Assembly: GCA_964016885.1 (NCBI GenBank)
Contig: OZ024741.1
Location: 160,704,001-160,768,000 of the forward strand
Reading direction: 5' to 3'
Length of the DNA: 64,000 nt
Source of the DNA: Eledone cirrhosa
Lineage: Eukaryota
Under the pieces are notes generated by a model. That model was not told where the DNA came from. It did no database searches and worked only from the letters and a program-made list of their open reading frames with translations. A program made the translations under genes and the position numbers. Every line of letters begins with the position of its first letter. The stretch's first letter is position 1. This document shows positions 37,005 to 51,454 of this stretch, in pieces.

Positions 37005-38767
37005 TTGAAGAAAACCGTCTGTGATGTCAGTGATGGAGTTTTAGATCATACCAATAGAAAGCATAAGGACTGGTTCGATGAAAATGATGCAGAGATCCAG
37101 ACATTGCTTGAAGAGAAACAAAAAGTGCTGACATCATTTTTGTGTGAAACACGTTCTGACAAGGGTGACCAGACCTTTAAGCAGATCAAGGCACGTGTGC
37201 AACATCAATTGAGAGCCAGATACCTGGTGGAGAAAAAACGCTGATGAAATCCAGAAAGCCTCAGATAGACATAGCTCTTATACAATCTGCTCGGAGAGGT
37301 GTATGGGCCAACCGGTCCACAAATATCACCACTTCACTCCAAAGACGACAAGGAATTACTCAGAAATCCTGATCAGGTAACATGACTACTTTGATGAGCT
37401 CCTCAACAGACCATCAGAAATCGATGATGAGTTCATCCAGTCGATTCGATCCAGACCTACAAAGCTGGCAATAGCTGATCCTCCTTCATTTGATGAGGTG
37501 GCGAAGGCCATTGCCAAATTAAACAGCGACAAGTCACCTGGAATGCTGTGCTGAGGTCTTCAAGTGTGCTGGTGATAACTTTTTGAACTGCCTCACTGAT
37601 CTCTTTGTGAATGTTTGGAAAGATGCATTGATGGTGGTACTTTACAAAGAAATGGGAGCCAAAGATGATTATGGCAACTGCAGAGGTATTTCACTGCTAT
37701 CTGTGGCTGGGAAGATCTTGTGCAGGATATTGTTGGACATATTGATACAGCACATTGCTGTTGAAGTACTCTCTGATTCCCAATGTCGCTTTAGGAATGG
37801 CAGAGGCACTGTTGACATGGTCTTCTCGGCCAAAGAACTTCAAGAAATGTATTGAGCAATGCATGGACTTATACCAATTTTTGTCTATCTGACCAAGGCA
37901 TTTGACACTGTAAATCAGAGGGCTTTGTGGGTTATTTTGGAGAGATTGGGCTGTCCTGAAAAGTTTGTGAACATACTCAAGCTCTTCCTCGATGACGTGC
38001 AGGCATGGATAAACATTGGAGGTAAATTGTCTGAGCCAATCTCAGTTAAAAATGGTGTCGAGCAAGGTAATATACCTGCACCAACTTTGTTTGCTTTGTA
38101 TTTCACAACAGTGTTCTTCATGGCCTTCAAGAATTGTCAATACAGTATCTATCTGAGATATCGCACTTCCAGCAAGCTGTTCAACCTCAGGCATCTCACT
38201 GCCAACACTAAGGTATTGAGTACCATGATCAGAGAATTTCTGTATGCAGATGATTGTGATCTCTTTGCACACTCTCAGAGTGACATGCAATACCTTATGG
38301 ATTCTTTTTCCAAAGTGTGCAGTGCTTTGGGACTGACAATCAGTCTGAAGAAGACTGTTGTCATGTACCCACCTGCTCCTGATAAAGATTGTGTATTTGG
38401 AGAGTACTCTGAGTGTGACCTGCTCTCTGGATGCAGAAGTTGGTCTGCGTGTTAGTAAAGCAAGTGAGTCATTTGGAAGGCTCAGTAACCATCTTTGGTG
38501 CAGGCGAGGAATCACAATGAAGACCAAGGTGAAAATGTATGCCGCATATGTAGTGTCAGCTTTGCTGTATGTGTGTGAGATGTGGGTTGCCTACAAAGAG
38601 CATATCAAAAGACTGGAACGATTTCATCAGCAGTGTCTCAGAAAGATGCTCAGTAACAAGTGGCAGATGCATGTGAGTGATGTTGAGGTCCTTGACAGAA
38701 GTGAGTGTCAGAGCATTGAGAGTATCATCCACCAACAACGTTTGCGATGGACCGGACACCTCTGCAG
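37005..38767 (+). mobile_element. Degenerate RTE/BovB-like LINE, broken off at RWTGHLCR by the PLE complex
   Basis: DWFDEND.EI, CRGISLLSVAGKIL, LTKAFDTV, GVEQG...APTLF, FLYADD, RLRWTGH. Confidence 0.88.
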
Positions 38768-38773
38768 ATATAT

Positions 38774-41157
38774 AAGGAATGAGAAAATTTATTTTGTCCG
38801 TAGATTAAGGGAATTTTTAGATTTTAGTATAAAGAATATCTCCTCTGCGCAGAGGTCACATGTCTCAGAGGATGAATTAAAAGGAATCCCTCTTGAGACT
38901 ATATTCCAAGCCGTCGAATATCTAACGTTATCTAGCTTAAGTTGCCAGAGTACGCCTGATAGTGCCGTTGAAGATTTTTTGCTTGGATCTGTGAAAGAAT
39001 TCTTGTGGTTATTATAGCGAAGTTTAAATTCCGTCGATGTGGAACCGACGTAGTTAAAAGAATTAGAGTCAGTTTTAACATTACAATTGTATACTATATT
39101 TTTAACTAAGCAGTTGTTATTTAACGGACATTTAGATCTATCTCTACAGTTACATTTGTTAACTTGTATATTATTTATGCTATTATCACTAGGTTTTAAG
39201 TTCCTATTATTTATTCTATTAATATTTTGTGCTAAATTTTTGGTGGATGAGTAGGTTAATTTTATAGTATGTCTATTGAAAATTGAGTGATACCTATGTG
39301 TTCTAGGGAAGCGATTATCAAGAGCTTTAAAAAATAGTTTAGCGATGTGGGTTTTAATGTTTAGTGAGAAAGGGGGGGCAAACCAAATTATGTTCCTAGT
39401 TCTATTTCTTTTTTGGCCTTTGGAATTATTGTAATGCTTTCTATTATAGTTGTTAAGGTTGTTGCCGTAATTAAAATAGTTGTTATTTTGTTTAGTTTGT
39501 CTATCATTATCTATGTACATAATCTTATCAGTATATCCTGCTCTAGCTAATGCTTCATTGTAGTATTGGGCTTTTTCGTCGAAAATCTTTCTATTCGACG
39601 AGATCCTAGAGATACGTTTTTGAACAGAGTTTACTATAGTGTTTTTGACAGATCTGGGGTGGTTAGAGTTAAAGTTGACATAGTTTAAGTTTTCATTCAA
39701 CTTGTGAAAAGGATAGTGAAGACATGTGTTGAGATTTAATGTTATATCTAGGAAATTGACTATTCTATGGTTGTTCTCAATTTCTATTTTAAGATTAAAG
39801 TAATTAAAAAATTGTGTAATTTGTTTACATTTTCTATTTAGTTCAGAGTTATTATTATCAATAAGTAAAAGCATGTCATCTCTATATAAACCTCCGGTAG
39901 TACCAGGTATTTTCCTATGTAGCGAATTGATTAAAAATAAGCCCACAAGGTCAGTTACCTGAGCTGAGTCGGGTGATCCCATAGTAATGTCAAAATTGCT
40001 ATCTCTATCTGCTCTGGTCCATAGTTGGTCATTAAATTCTATCAAAGTTTTCCTAGCCGATAATATAATATGCATTTCATTGCTAGTTAGGTCAGTATGT
40101 TTGAATGCGTAATTTAGTGCCTTATTTAGTAGATTAGGGGTAATAGAAGAATAATAGTTAGCAATATCAAGTTGAATAAACTTATTATTATTGTTATATT
40201 TAATTTGCTTAAACCACTCAACAACCTCTCCAGTTCCCTTCCACAAGCTCAGGTTAGATAAACAATCCAAGTTCTTAATTTGCTGTATCACCCTGTCAAG
40301 AATGTTTTTGCTTAATTTGCCCAGGTCCGATTTTGATGGTGCGATCAATCTAACTGGCAAGTCATTTTCAAAATTCCTCTTGTGATCTTTCATATTGATC
40401 TTCGGTTTCCTGGGCACGAAAGGTTGTGTTCTGTTCTCAATTTCCAACTCGTGCATTATACAAGATGCTTCGACATTCATTTTCTCAAGCTCGGCCTTAT
40501 CTGCTACCTTGTACTTTTTCCTCAGTTCCTTCAGTATGAGGCCATTATACATGTCTTTCTGCACTCCATAGAGGTTGTTGGTCTTGTCAGATTTCACCAA
40601 GATCTTCTCAGTTTTTTCTAAGCTCTCAATATTATCCTTAATGCCTTTCAGATATTCCTGGCCTTTGAAGTTTCTCTTGAATTTGACCCCTTGTATGATA
40701 GAAATTACATCGTTTTCAAAGTCAGATAAAAGTTTGTTAGGGGGTGGATTTCTTTTAGATTTGAAAACTTTGTTTAAGTCCGAGACATTTTCATTTATAT
40801 TAGATTTATCAAAGTGGAATGCTCGCCACCTGATTCTCCTTATAAAAGAGTCAGATTTATCTATTAATTGTTTTATAAAGTCTTTGATTGTAGGTAGAGG
40901 TATGTCTTTTAAAGAGGAAGTAATCTTAAAGAATTCCATTTTTCCAGTTATAATATAAAGCGCTCAACAGTATTGGAGCAAGATACATGGAAAGTTATAT
41001 TTAAATTGTTGGGTTACAACTAGTAAATATTTATAACTGATATAAAAGCACTCGACAAGTATTTGGACAAGTATACTCCAAATACTTGTCGAGTGCTTTT
41101 ATATCAGTTATAAATATTTACTAGTTGTAACCCAACAATTTAAATATAACTTTCCAT
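38774..41157 (-). mobile_element. Penelope-like element, Naiad-type, with a perfect 81-bp inverted repeat at its 5' end
   Basis: See the ORF entry. Arms 40987-41067 and 41077-41157 are exact reverse complements with a 9-nt loop. The element abuts the (TA)n array. Confidence 0.9.
38789..40939 (-). CDS. PLE RT + GIY-YIG endonuclease polyprotein, 716 aa (Naiad-type)
   Basis: SLKDIP.P..FIRRIRWRA N-terminus. RT motifs LDIANYY, DITMGS.DSA, LYRDD, VNFLDITL. CNC-x5-CP-x4-C linker, then IVY..YVG.T...FK.RYNNH and CDLC.EE. Confidence 0.92.
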   Translation of the reverse strand: MEFFKITSSLKDIPLPTIKDFIKQLIDKSDSFIRRIRWRAFHFDKSNINENVSDLNKVFKSKRNPPPNKLLSDFENDVISIIQGVKFKRNFKGQEYLKGIKDNIESLEKTEKILVKSDKTNNLYGVQKDMYNGLILKELRKKYKVADKAELEKMNVEASCIMHELEIENRTQPFVPRKPKINMKDHKRNFENDLPVRLIAPSKSDLGKLSKNILDRVIQQIKNLDCLSNLSLWKGTGEVVEWFKQIKYNNNNKFIQLDIANYYSSITPNLLNKALNYAFKHTDLTSNEMHIILSARKTLIEFNDQLWTRADRDSNFDITMGSPDSAQVTDLVGLFLINSLHRKIPGTTGGLYRDDMLLLIDNNNSELNRKCKQITQFFNYFNLKIEIENNHRIVNFLDITLNLNTCLHYPFHKLNENLNYVNFNSNHPRSVKNTIVNSVQKRISRISSNRKIFDEKAQYYNEALARAGYTDKIMYIDNDRQTKQNNNYFNYGNNLNNYNRKHYNNSKGQKRNRTRNIIWFAPPFSLNIKTHIAKLFFKALDNRFPRTHRYHSIFNRHTIKLTYSSTKNLAQNINRINNRNLKPSDNSINNIQVNKCNCRDRSKCPLNNNCLVKNIVYNCNVKTDSNSFNYVGSTSTEFKLRYNNHKNSFTDPSKKSSTALSGVLWQLKLDNVRYSTAWNIVSRGIPFNSSSETCDLCAEEIFFILKSKNSLNLRTK

Positions 41158-43841
<2,684 letters not shown>

Positions 43842-44022
43842 ATTTTGATCATGCCTTTATTTTTAAATTTTCTCATTCCTTGTATTTTGATCATGCTTTA
43901 TTTTTATTTATTATATTTTTTGTCTTTATTTGTTAATTTTTCACTCGCACCGTTTCCTTTCGCTATATGTCTCTCCACCACTCCCCTACACACCTTTTGA
44001 ACTCTGTTCCCACACACTTCTC

Positions 44023-44054
44023 ACCTGAAGAAGGGCTTATGCCCGAAACGTCGT
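44023..44054 (+). ncRNA. Minimal PLE-type hammerhead within a solo pLTR-like segment (about 43842-44142)
   Basis: AC-CTGAAGA-a-GGGC ttat GCCC-GAAACGTC-GT. Palindromic ACGT helix III and a downstream AATAAA at about 44091. Confidence 0.8.
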
Positions 44055-44150
44055 CCCCCACCTACCTCCCACTCTCCTGAGCGTGAATTTAATAAACATT
44101 TATCGTACTGCCTTTCTGTTCTATCCCTGTTCAATTTTCATTATATATAC

Positions 44151-44233
<83 letters not shown>

Positions 44234-44234
44234 C

Positions 44235-44265
<31 letters not shown>

Positions 44266-44273
44266 CATATATT

Positions 44274-44339
<66 letters not shown>

Positions 44340-44350
44340 CATATATATAC

Positions 44351-44381
<31 letters not shown>

Positions 44382-44895
44382 CAGAGAGACCCTTTGGATA
44401 GCGTAGACGCCGGACCATACACGCAAATATATACAGACCTGTCTTGAATGTGCATGGCTGACGCAATATGGATAACACGACCAACATCTAAGCTGGAACC
44501 GACCCCTACAACAAACAAAGAGGGGACAGCCCTTCGCATTTGACCAGTCGAGTGTCGCTTGGAGTTCGTAGTATACCACCCCAGTCAAATCCACACTGGT
44601 TTTTTTTACCAATATAGCATGTGAACCAATACATCCTATGCAGCGAAACCTTGGATTTAGAACCGGCAGCGTGCAATCCCCGAAACTAAAAGGATCAAAC
44701 GGACCACATCCAGCAACTACTAGCTATTTGATCCACAGGTACATTTCCCAGAGAGTCCACGCAGCTGATAGTGAATCCCAGTTGATTCGTGAACTCTGAA
44801 CTTTTAAACAAGACCAAATGTGCCTGGAGCTATGCAGATGACTACATACGCATAATGGATATCGCGCCCACAAGGTCACCTGTATTGTTTATCCT

Positions 44896-45143
44896 GCTGT
44901 ATGTGTGTAAAGTATCCGTGCGTGGGATATCCCTGAGTACATTTTCTTGACTATCAATTGTTAATTGATTGTTTGTTAATTACGCAGGAGTATACCATTA
45001 TGTCTTTGTTAATCATATGTGATGCTGTATGTGTGTAAAGTATCCGAGAGCGCGATATCCCTGAGCTAATTTTGCTTGACTGTTAATTGTTTATTGATTT
45101 TTTGTTAATTAGGCAAGAATATATTATTATGTCTTTGTTAATC
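44896..45143. repeat. Diverged ~128-bp tandem duplication
   Basis: GCTGTATGTGTGTAAAGTATCCG...TATGTCTTTGTTAATC occurs twice. Confidence 0.75.
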
Positions 45144-46602
45144 CTGTATCAATAATTTTATAGTAATTTTTTAATCCTGTATCAATAGTTTTATGATAAT
45201 TTTGTAATAATTTTATAATAATTTTATAATCATTTTGTGATAATTTTATAATAATTTTTGATAGTAAATTATTAGATTACTGAAGCTACCTTATACATTT
45301 TATAATTATTGTTTTTTAAAAATACATTTTATAATTATTGTCTTTTTGCTTATGTATTTTCTTACTTATAATTTTCTTTAATCTTGCCCAACTTGATAAG
45401 CTCTTTGAATTGCTCCCTAATTAAATTACTTAAATTACTTAAATTATTTTATCTATTATACCTCAGTTGTATCTGTTGAAGCAGCCCTTTGAAAATTCCT
45501 CGGATATCCCAAATACCGTAATTTTTAACTTTTAATTTATAATTTTCCTCAATTTGTTTATATATATCCTTAAAGGCTCTCTAAAATTTTAATTCTTCGA
45601 AGGGTTTCTCGGAGGAGGTTCCTATTAAAAATATTAAAGGGGCCTTTTCTGAGGGGTTTATTGAAGGCTTTTTTAATTAACCTTTAATTGATTAGTTTCT
45701 TTCAACTTAGTAGAGATTATCAAAACTTCGTAAATTTTCTGAAATTTTTTAACGATCTCTGGGGAAGGTTTTTTTCTTTCGAAAGAAATTTTTTTCTCCC
45801 GAGGGAACTTCTTGGGAAACTTTATATTTTTTTTAGGGAAACTTTATATCTTTATTTATTTTTTTTTTTTTGTTTATTTATTTATTTTTTTTTTTTTTTT
45901 TTTTATTTTATTTTATTAGTCTCTTAATCTCTTCTAGTTTGTTAAGTTTATTGGGGCTTGTAAGCTTTATGCACTTATTGGGGGATTTTTTAAGGTGCTT
46001 CTACGAGATCCCAAGTCTTTTACTTGTAATGCGTAAATTATAAATTATCTAATTTTTAACCTTCAATCCCTGACTCTTAGGCCATTTTCAAATTCTCTTA
46101 ACTCCCCATAACCCATCCCTTTTACAATTCCGACAACTAATATAAAAGAGCCCCCTTAGAATATAGACCCCAAATATACAAGCGGAGCTGCTGATGTATA
46201 CCACAATTTCAAACTGCTAATCTTGAGTGAAACGTTGATGTAAATAATGAACTTACAATCACATGTTATATGCCTTGAAAAGTCCCACCATATGGTCGGA
46301 CGAAACGGCTGTCGGCAATAAACTTGTTGTAATGTCATAATAGTTCCTTTGTTCTTTTTCATTAATATGTGTGCTCTGCTTATACGCATAGAGCTTAACT
46401 AACTACCGTCGCATATTTGGTAGGTCAGACGTGATCATCGCGATTCACATACGACCTACCATACATCTTGCTTATATATATACATATGACGACTGTTATT
46501 TCTAGCAGTACGGTTATGAGACTAGCCTGAATCTGTGAACCCATGTGCGTCACACAGTCTTTTAAATTATTTAGAAGTGAAGCTTATCAATTGTCTCTGG
46601 AT

Positions 46603-46673
46603 GTTTACTGAGGAGAGCAGTGGCAAGATATTCCTACACTTATACACGTATCCATCTCGAAACATGTTTGGAT
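46603..46673 (+). ncRNA. Probable hammerhead motif (wobble-rich stem I)
   Basis: GTTTA-CTGAGGA-GAG..CTC-GAAAC-AT-GTT-TGGAT. Palindromic AACATGTT helix III. Confidence 0.5.
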
Positions 46674-46917
46674 TTTGAGGTTTAAACTTATCTACTGAAC
46701 AGGTTTGACTTTGAAATTTAAATATGTATAAACATCATAGCCATTTGGCGGCACAGCTAGTTTTTGTCGATTTATTATTATTATTATTTTAAATCGATGT
46801 GGACGAACTGTGGTAAAATAATTAATATTCTTCAGTCTGGCTAACTTTCTTTTGCAATATAAATACAGATATGTTGGTATCTGTTTCATCATATATATTA
46901 CTCATATATATTACTTT

Positions 46918-46993
<76 letters not shown>

Positions 46994-47002
46994 CATATAT
47001 AC

Positions 47003-47057
<55 letters not shown>

Positions 47058-47066
47058 TATACACAC

Positions 47067-47097
<31 letters not shown>

Positions 47098-47100
47098 CAT

Positions 47101-48428
47101 ATACGATATTAATAAATGGAAACTATATTTATAAAACCATATTTATTTCATTATACATATTTCAGGGATACCAAATTAAATTATGGTATGCCTTCATCAG
47201 ACAAAATACAATATATAACAGTTTTACAAATAAGCTTTGACGTACCCTTTTAAAATGCAACCATTATTTTTGGAAGCCATCTGGATAACAATTGAAGACG
47301 CACGCAAATATTTATTCATACATATGTATGTGTATATATATATATGTATATGTATGTGTGTGGGTGAGAGTTATGTGTGTGCATGCCTACCCACGAAGTT
47401 TTGATTGCAGATATGCATAATTTTAACAGAATGTTAAATGCATGAATGGTAATCGTATATATGAAGGCATGAATGTTAATCGTATATATTTATGTATATA
47501 TACTGTGAACTTTTTATAACGCAAGGAATGTATAGCAGTGATTAAGAGAAATCATTTGCGTTTTGTATGTCTATATTGTAGACCTGAGTAGATATAATTT
47601 CTATTTTCAGGACGTGTGTATATATATATATATATATATATTTGTCTATCTTTGCCGTAAGATAGTGGTTTCTCAAATTTTAGTATATTGATCTCAAGTT
47701 TTAAACTAAACATATAATCATTATTAAACAATGTTTAATTTCTGATATTATATATTTATGTCCCATTCATGAATATTAATATTTATATTTTTATTATTCA
47801 TTTCATATAAATTGTTAACTCAACTTAATATGACATGACGTAAAGTTTTCATTATCTCCCCCTCTCTCTATATATTATTTCTCTCTCTTGAGTTTTTCTA
47901 TCTGTCTGATGACTTGATATCTCTCTGTTGCTTTCCTCTGTTTTTCTTATTACTTCCTTTTTTCTTTTTCTTTTTTCTTTCTTTCCTCCTGTCTTTATTT
48001 ATCTCTCTCTTTTTTCTCCATGCATTTCTCTCTCTCCGATATTTCTCCACGTTTTTTTTCTTTTTCTTTTTTCTCTCTGTCTTTTTTCTTTCTCTCCATC
48101 TTTTTTCTAATTGTCCTTAACACTAAGACTTATTAAAATAATATAAACAATTCACTATCCAGATGGCTTCCAAAAATAATGGTTGCATTTTAAAAGGGTA
48201 CGTCAAAGCTTATTTGTAAAACTGTTATATATTGTATTTTGTCTGATGAAGGCATACCATATTTTAATTTGGTATCCCTGAAATATGTATAATGAAATAA
48301 ATATGGTTTTATAAATATAGTTTCCATTTATTAATATCGTATATCTACTCCAAATACTTGTCGAGTGCTTTATATCAGTTATAAAAATATTTACTTGTAT
48401 CCCAACAATTTTAAATAGAACTTTTGCA
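47101..48428 (+). mobile_element. Non-coding PLE derivative: 187-bp inverted repeats carrying hammerheads, followed by a copy of the Naiad 5' leader
   Basis: 47101-47287 is the near-exact reverse complement of 48156-48342. 48346-48428 matches 41074-41157. Confidence 0.8.
48235..48299 (+). ncRNA. Type I hammerhead motif (inverted copy at 47144-47208, minus)
   Basis: TATTTTGT-CTGATGA-AGGcATACCA..TGGTATcCCT-GAAA-TATGT-ATA-ATGAAATA. Same architecture as 30506-30572. Confidence 0.78.
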
Positions 48429-48429
48429 T

Positions 48430-49446
<1,017 letters not shown>

Positions 49447-50188
49447 TATTAATAAGAGGAATTCCAACTTTGTCTGATTTACTCGTTTTATTTACAATCT
49501 TTTAAAATATATAATGGTATTATAATGAAATAGTATGATAGAATATTAAATTCTAAGTGTTAATTGAACAAGTACTTTCATGCTTTCGCAATCTTCAGGT
49601 TCATAATACGTGGTGACAGTCGAGTTTGCAATTTTCAATTGTAATGAGATGGGTAAATTTCCTACCTTTTATACATTTTATACAGAGAAAAGTGGCTCCA
49701 GAATGCTAAGCCCTGTAAACTGTATTTCGACCAATCAGTGTGTAGTTTCACTGAATTACTACAGCTGATTGGTTTAAGCGTCACGGCTGGTTGAGCATGC
49801 TAACGACCAATAATCATATCCAAAGCATCAATTGTTTTGCTATTTTTAGAAATGATGAAAATAGCATTTTCTATTAATCATCACCATCAACATCACTTTT
49901 ATTATTATTGTTGTTGTTGTTGTTGTTGTTAGTGGTCGTGGTCATAGTGATAGTAGAAGTAATACCCCTAAGCGTTATTATTGTTCATTTAGCTTGGGTT
50001 TGAATTTATCAATAAAATTCTTTTCTTTGATTTTTCTCTTGATTTCACTTGGGCTGTGTAATTTGTATTAATATAATCTTCTATACACAATCATTGTATT
50101 AATATAATCTTCTATACACAATCATACACACCCGTGTATATTTACCTATCTATATCTATATGTATATTCCTATTGTGTATATGCCAAC

Positions 50189-51454
50189 ATGTCTGGAAAG
50201 CAACAAATGAAACCAACAGAATCAGAAAGAATTCTAAAGGAGATATCATCGAAATTATCAACACTTATCACGATGATGGACACACAATCGTCTATTTTAA
50301 AGGAAATAGAAAAACAATCTACAGACGGAAAACTTATAACTGAACATATAAACTCTGAAATTAAGAATTTAGCTGAAATTATACCAACAGTTATCAAAGA
50401 TACAAGAGAAAGCCTACCACAACCCCCTTGGATGTCAGAAATAAACGAAAGAAATTTGGAAAACAAAACACATCGAATAAGAAAAGAAATGTGGAAGACA
50501 TGGAAAAAATTCCTTACCATTAGAAAACAAAATTTCTGGAAAGCATACAGATGCGAAAAATATGTCGAAACACATTCGAAATGGCTCTCTAACGGCACCC
50601 ATACTCCCTCGTAAATACCTAATTACAGAAATTGCAGGAGAACCAGAAGAAGAAACAAAACTCCGATGGGAACTTACATTGACAAAATTCAGGACCGACA
50701 TCTCCATTTCTGAATGTAAACAATCCCGCTACAAAGCCAAATATGAAGCTATTGATGACCAAATTGAAGTTGAAATGTATGGCAGCAGAAACAATTATTT
50801 CTCGATGAATATGCTGCAAATTACGGTAAAGACTCTGGAACCCTGAGAAAAAGCATTAAAAGTGGACAATCTCATCAACACATCATACACCAGAACACGT
50901 GCCAACACAAACACTCACCTTACCTTGAATCAAAGAAGAACTACGGTAATAACCCTTCGCTTTGTCTACAAAAACACCCTATCGCACACAACATGAACAA
51001 AAAGCACAAACACGATAGATATTCCTTTGACCAGACCATGAGAAGTAGTAAAACCAGGAGATCATTCTCAAGATCTCAACAGAGACTACCAACAAGGAAT
51101 GTGGAAACAAAACGTAGAATAACCAGATCACTCTCAAGATCTCAACAGAGATTGCCCACAAGAAACTGGACGAAAAAACGATCCAAACCTGAAAGCAAAC
51201 CTAGGTCATTTTCCCAGATTGTTAAAAATAAAAATAATGCTAACAGGAAGAAAAATAATATACAGAATACCAAAAATAGGACAAAATACATAACGAAACC
51301 AAATATAATATCACGACCAAAAGTTCATCAAGCGAACACCAACAAGAATATAAATCCTGAACAGAGAAAAATCCATTTTTTAACGTCAGGACAACAAAAA
51401 CCGGAAAAAGAAAAACTCCAGGAGGAAACATACCCAAAACAGCTGTACACGTAG
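50189..51454 (+). pseudogene. PLE upstream ORF1 (helical/coiled-coil N-half, basic R/S/K-rich C-half), broken by two frameshifts
   Basis: Coding-like pieces at 50189-~50598, ~50598-50777 (PILPRKY..EIAGE) and 50774-51454. Contains a duplicated RS.SRSQQRLPTRN. Confidence 0.7.

Noticed and set aside
38789-40939. Selenoprotein Naiad
   Set aside because: No in-frame TGA in the ORF and no 3' UTR present to hold a SECIS.
44385-44612. Mariner-like peptide GVVYYEL on the minus strand
   Set aside because: Only a 7-residue match, with no TIRs or other transposase motifs identified.
45150-46160. Homopolymer-rich tract, apparently CA/TG-poor, suggesting RIP-like hypermutation
   Set aside because: Not quantified. 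Equally explained by low-quality consensus or very old decayed LINE sequence (faint RTE-like GL.S.GLKV remnant near 46050-46090).
46187-46240. Hammerhead-like CTGATGT...GAAACGTT
   Set aside because: Core mismatch and no convincing stem I or stem II.
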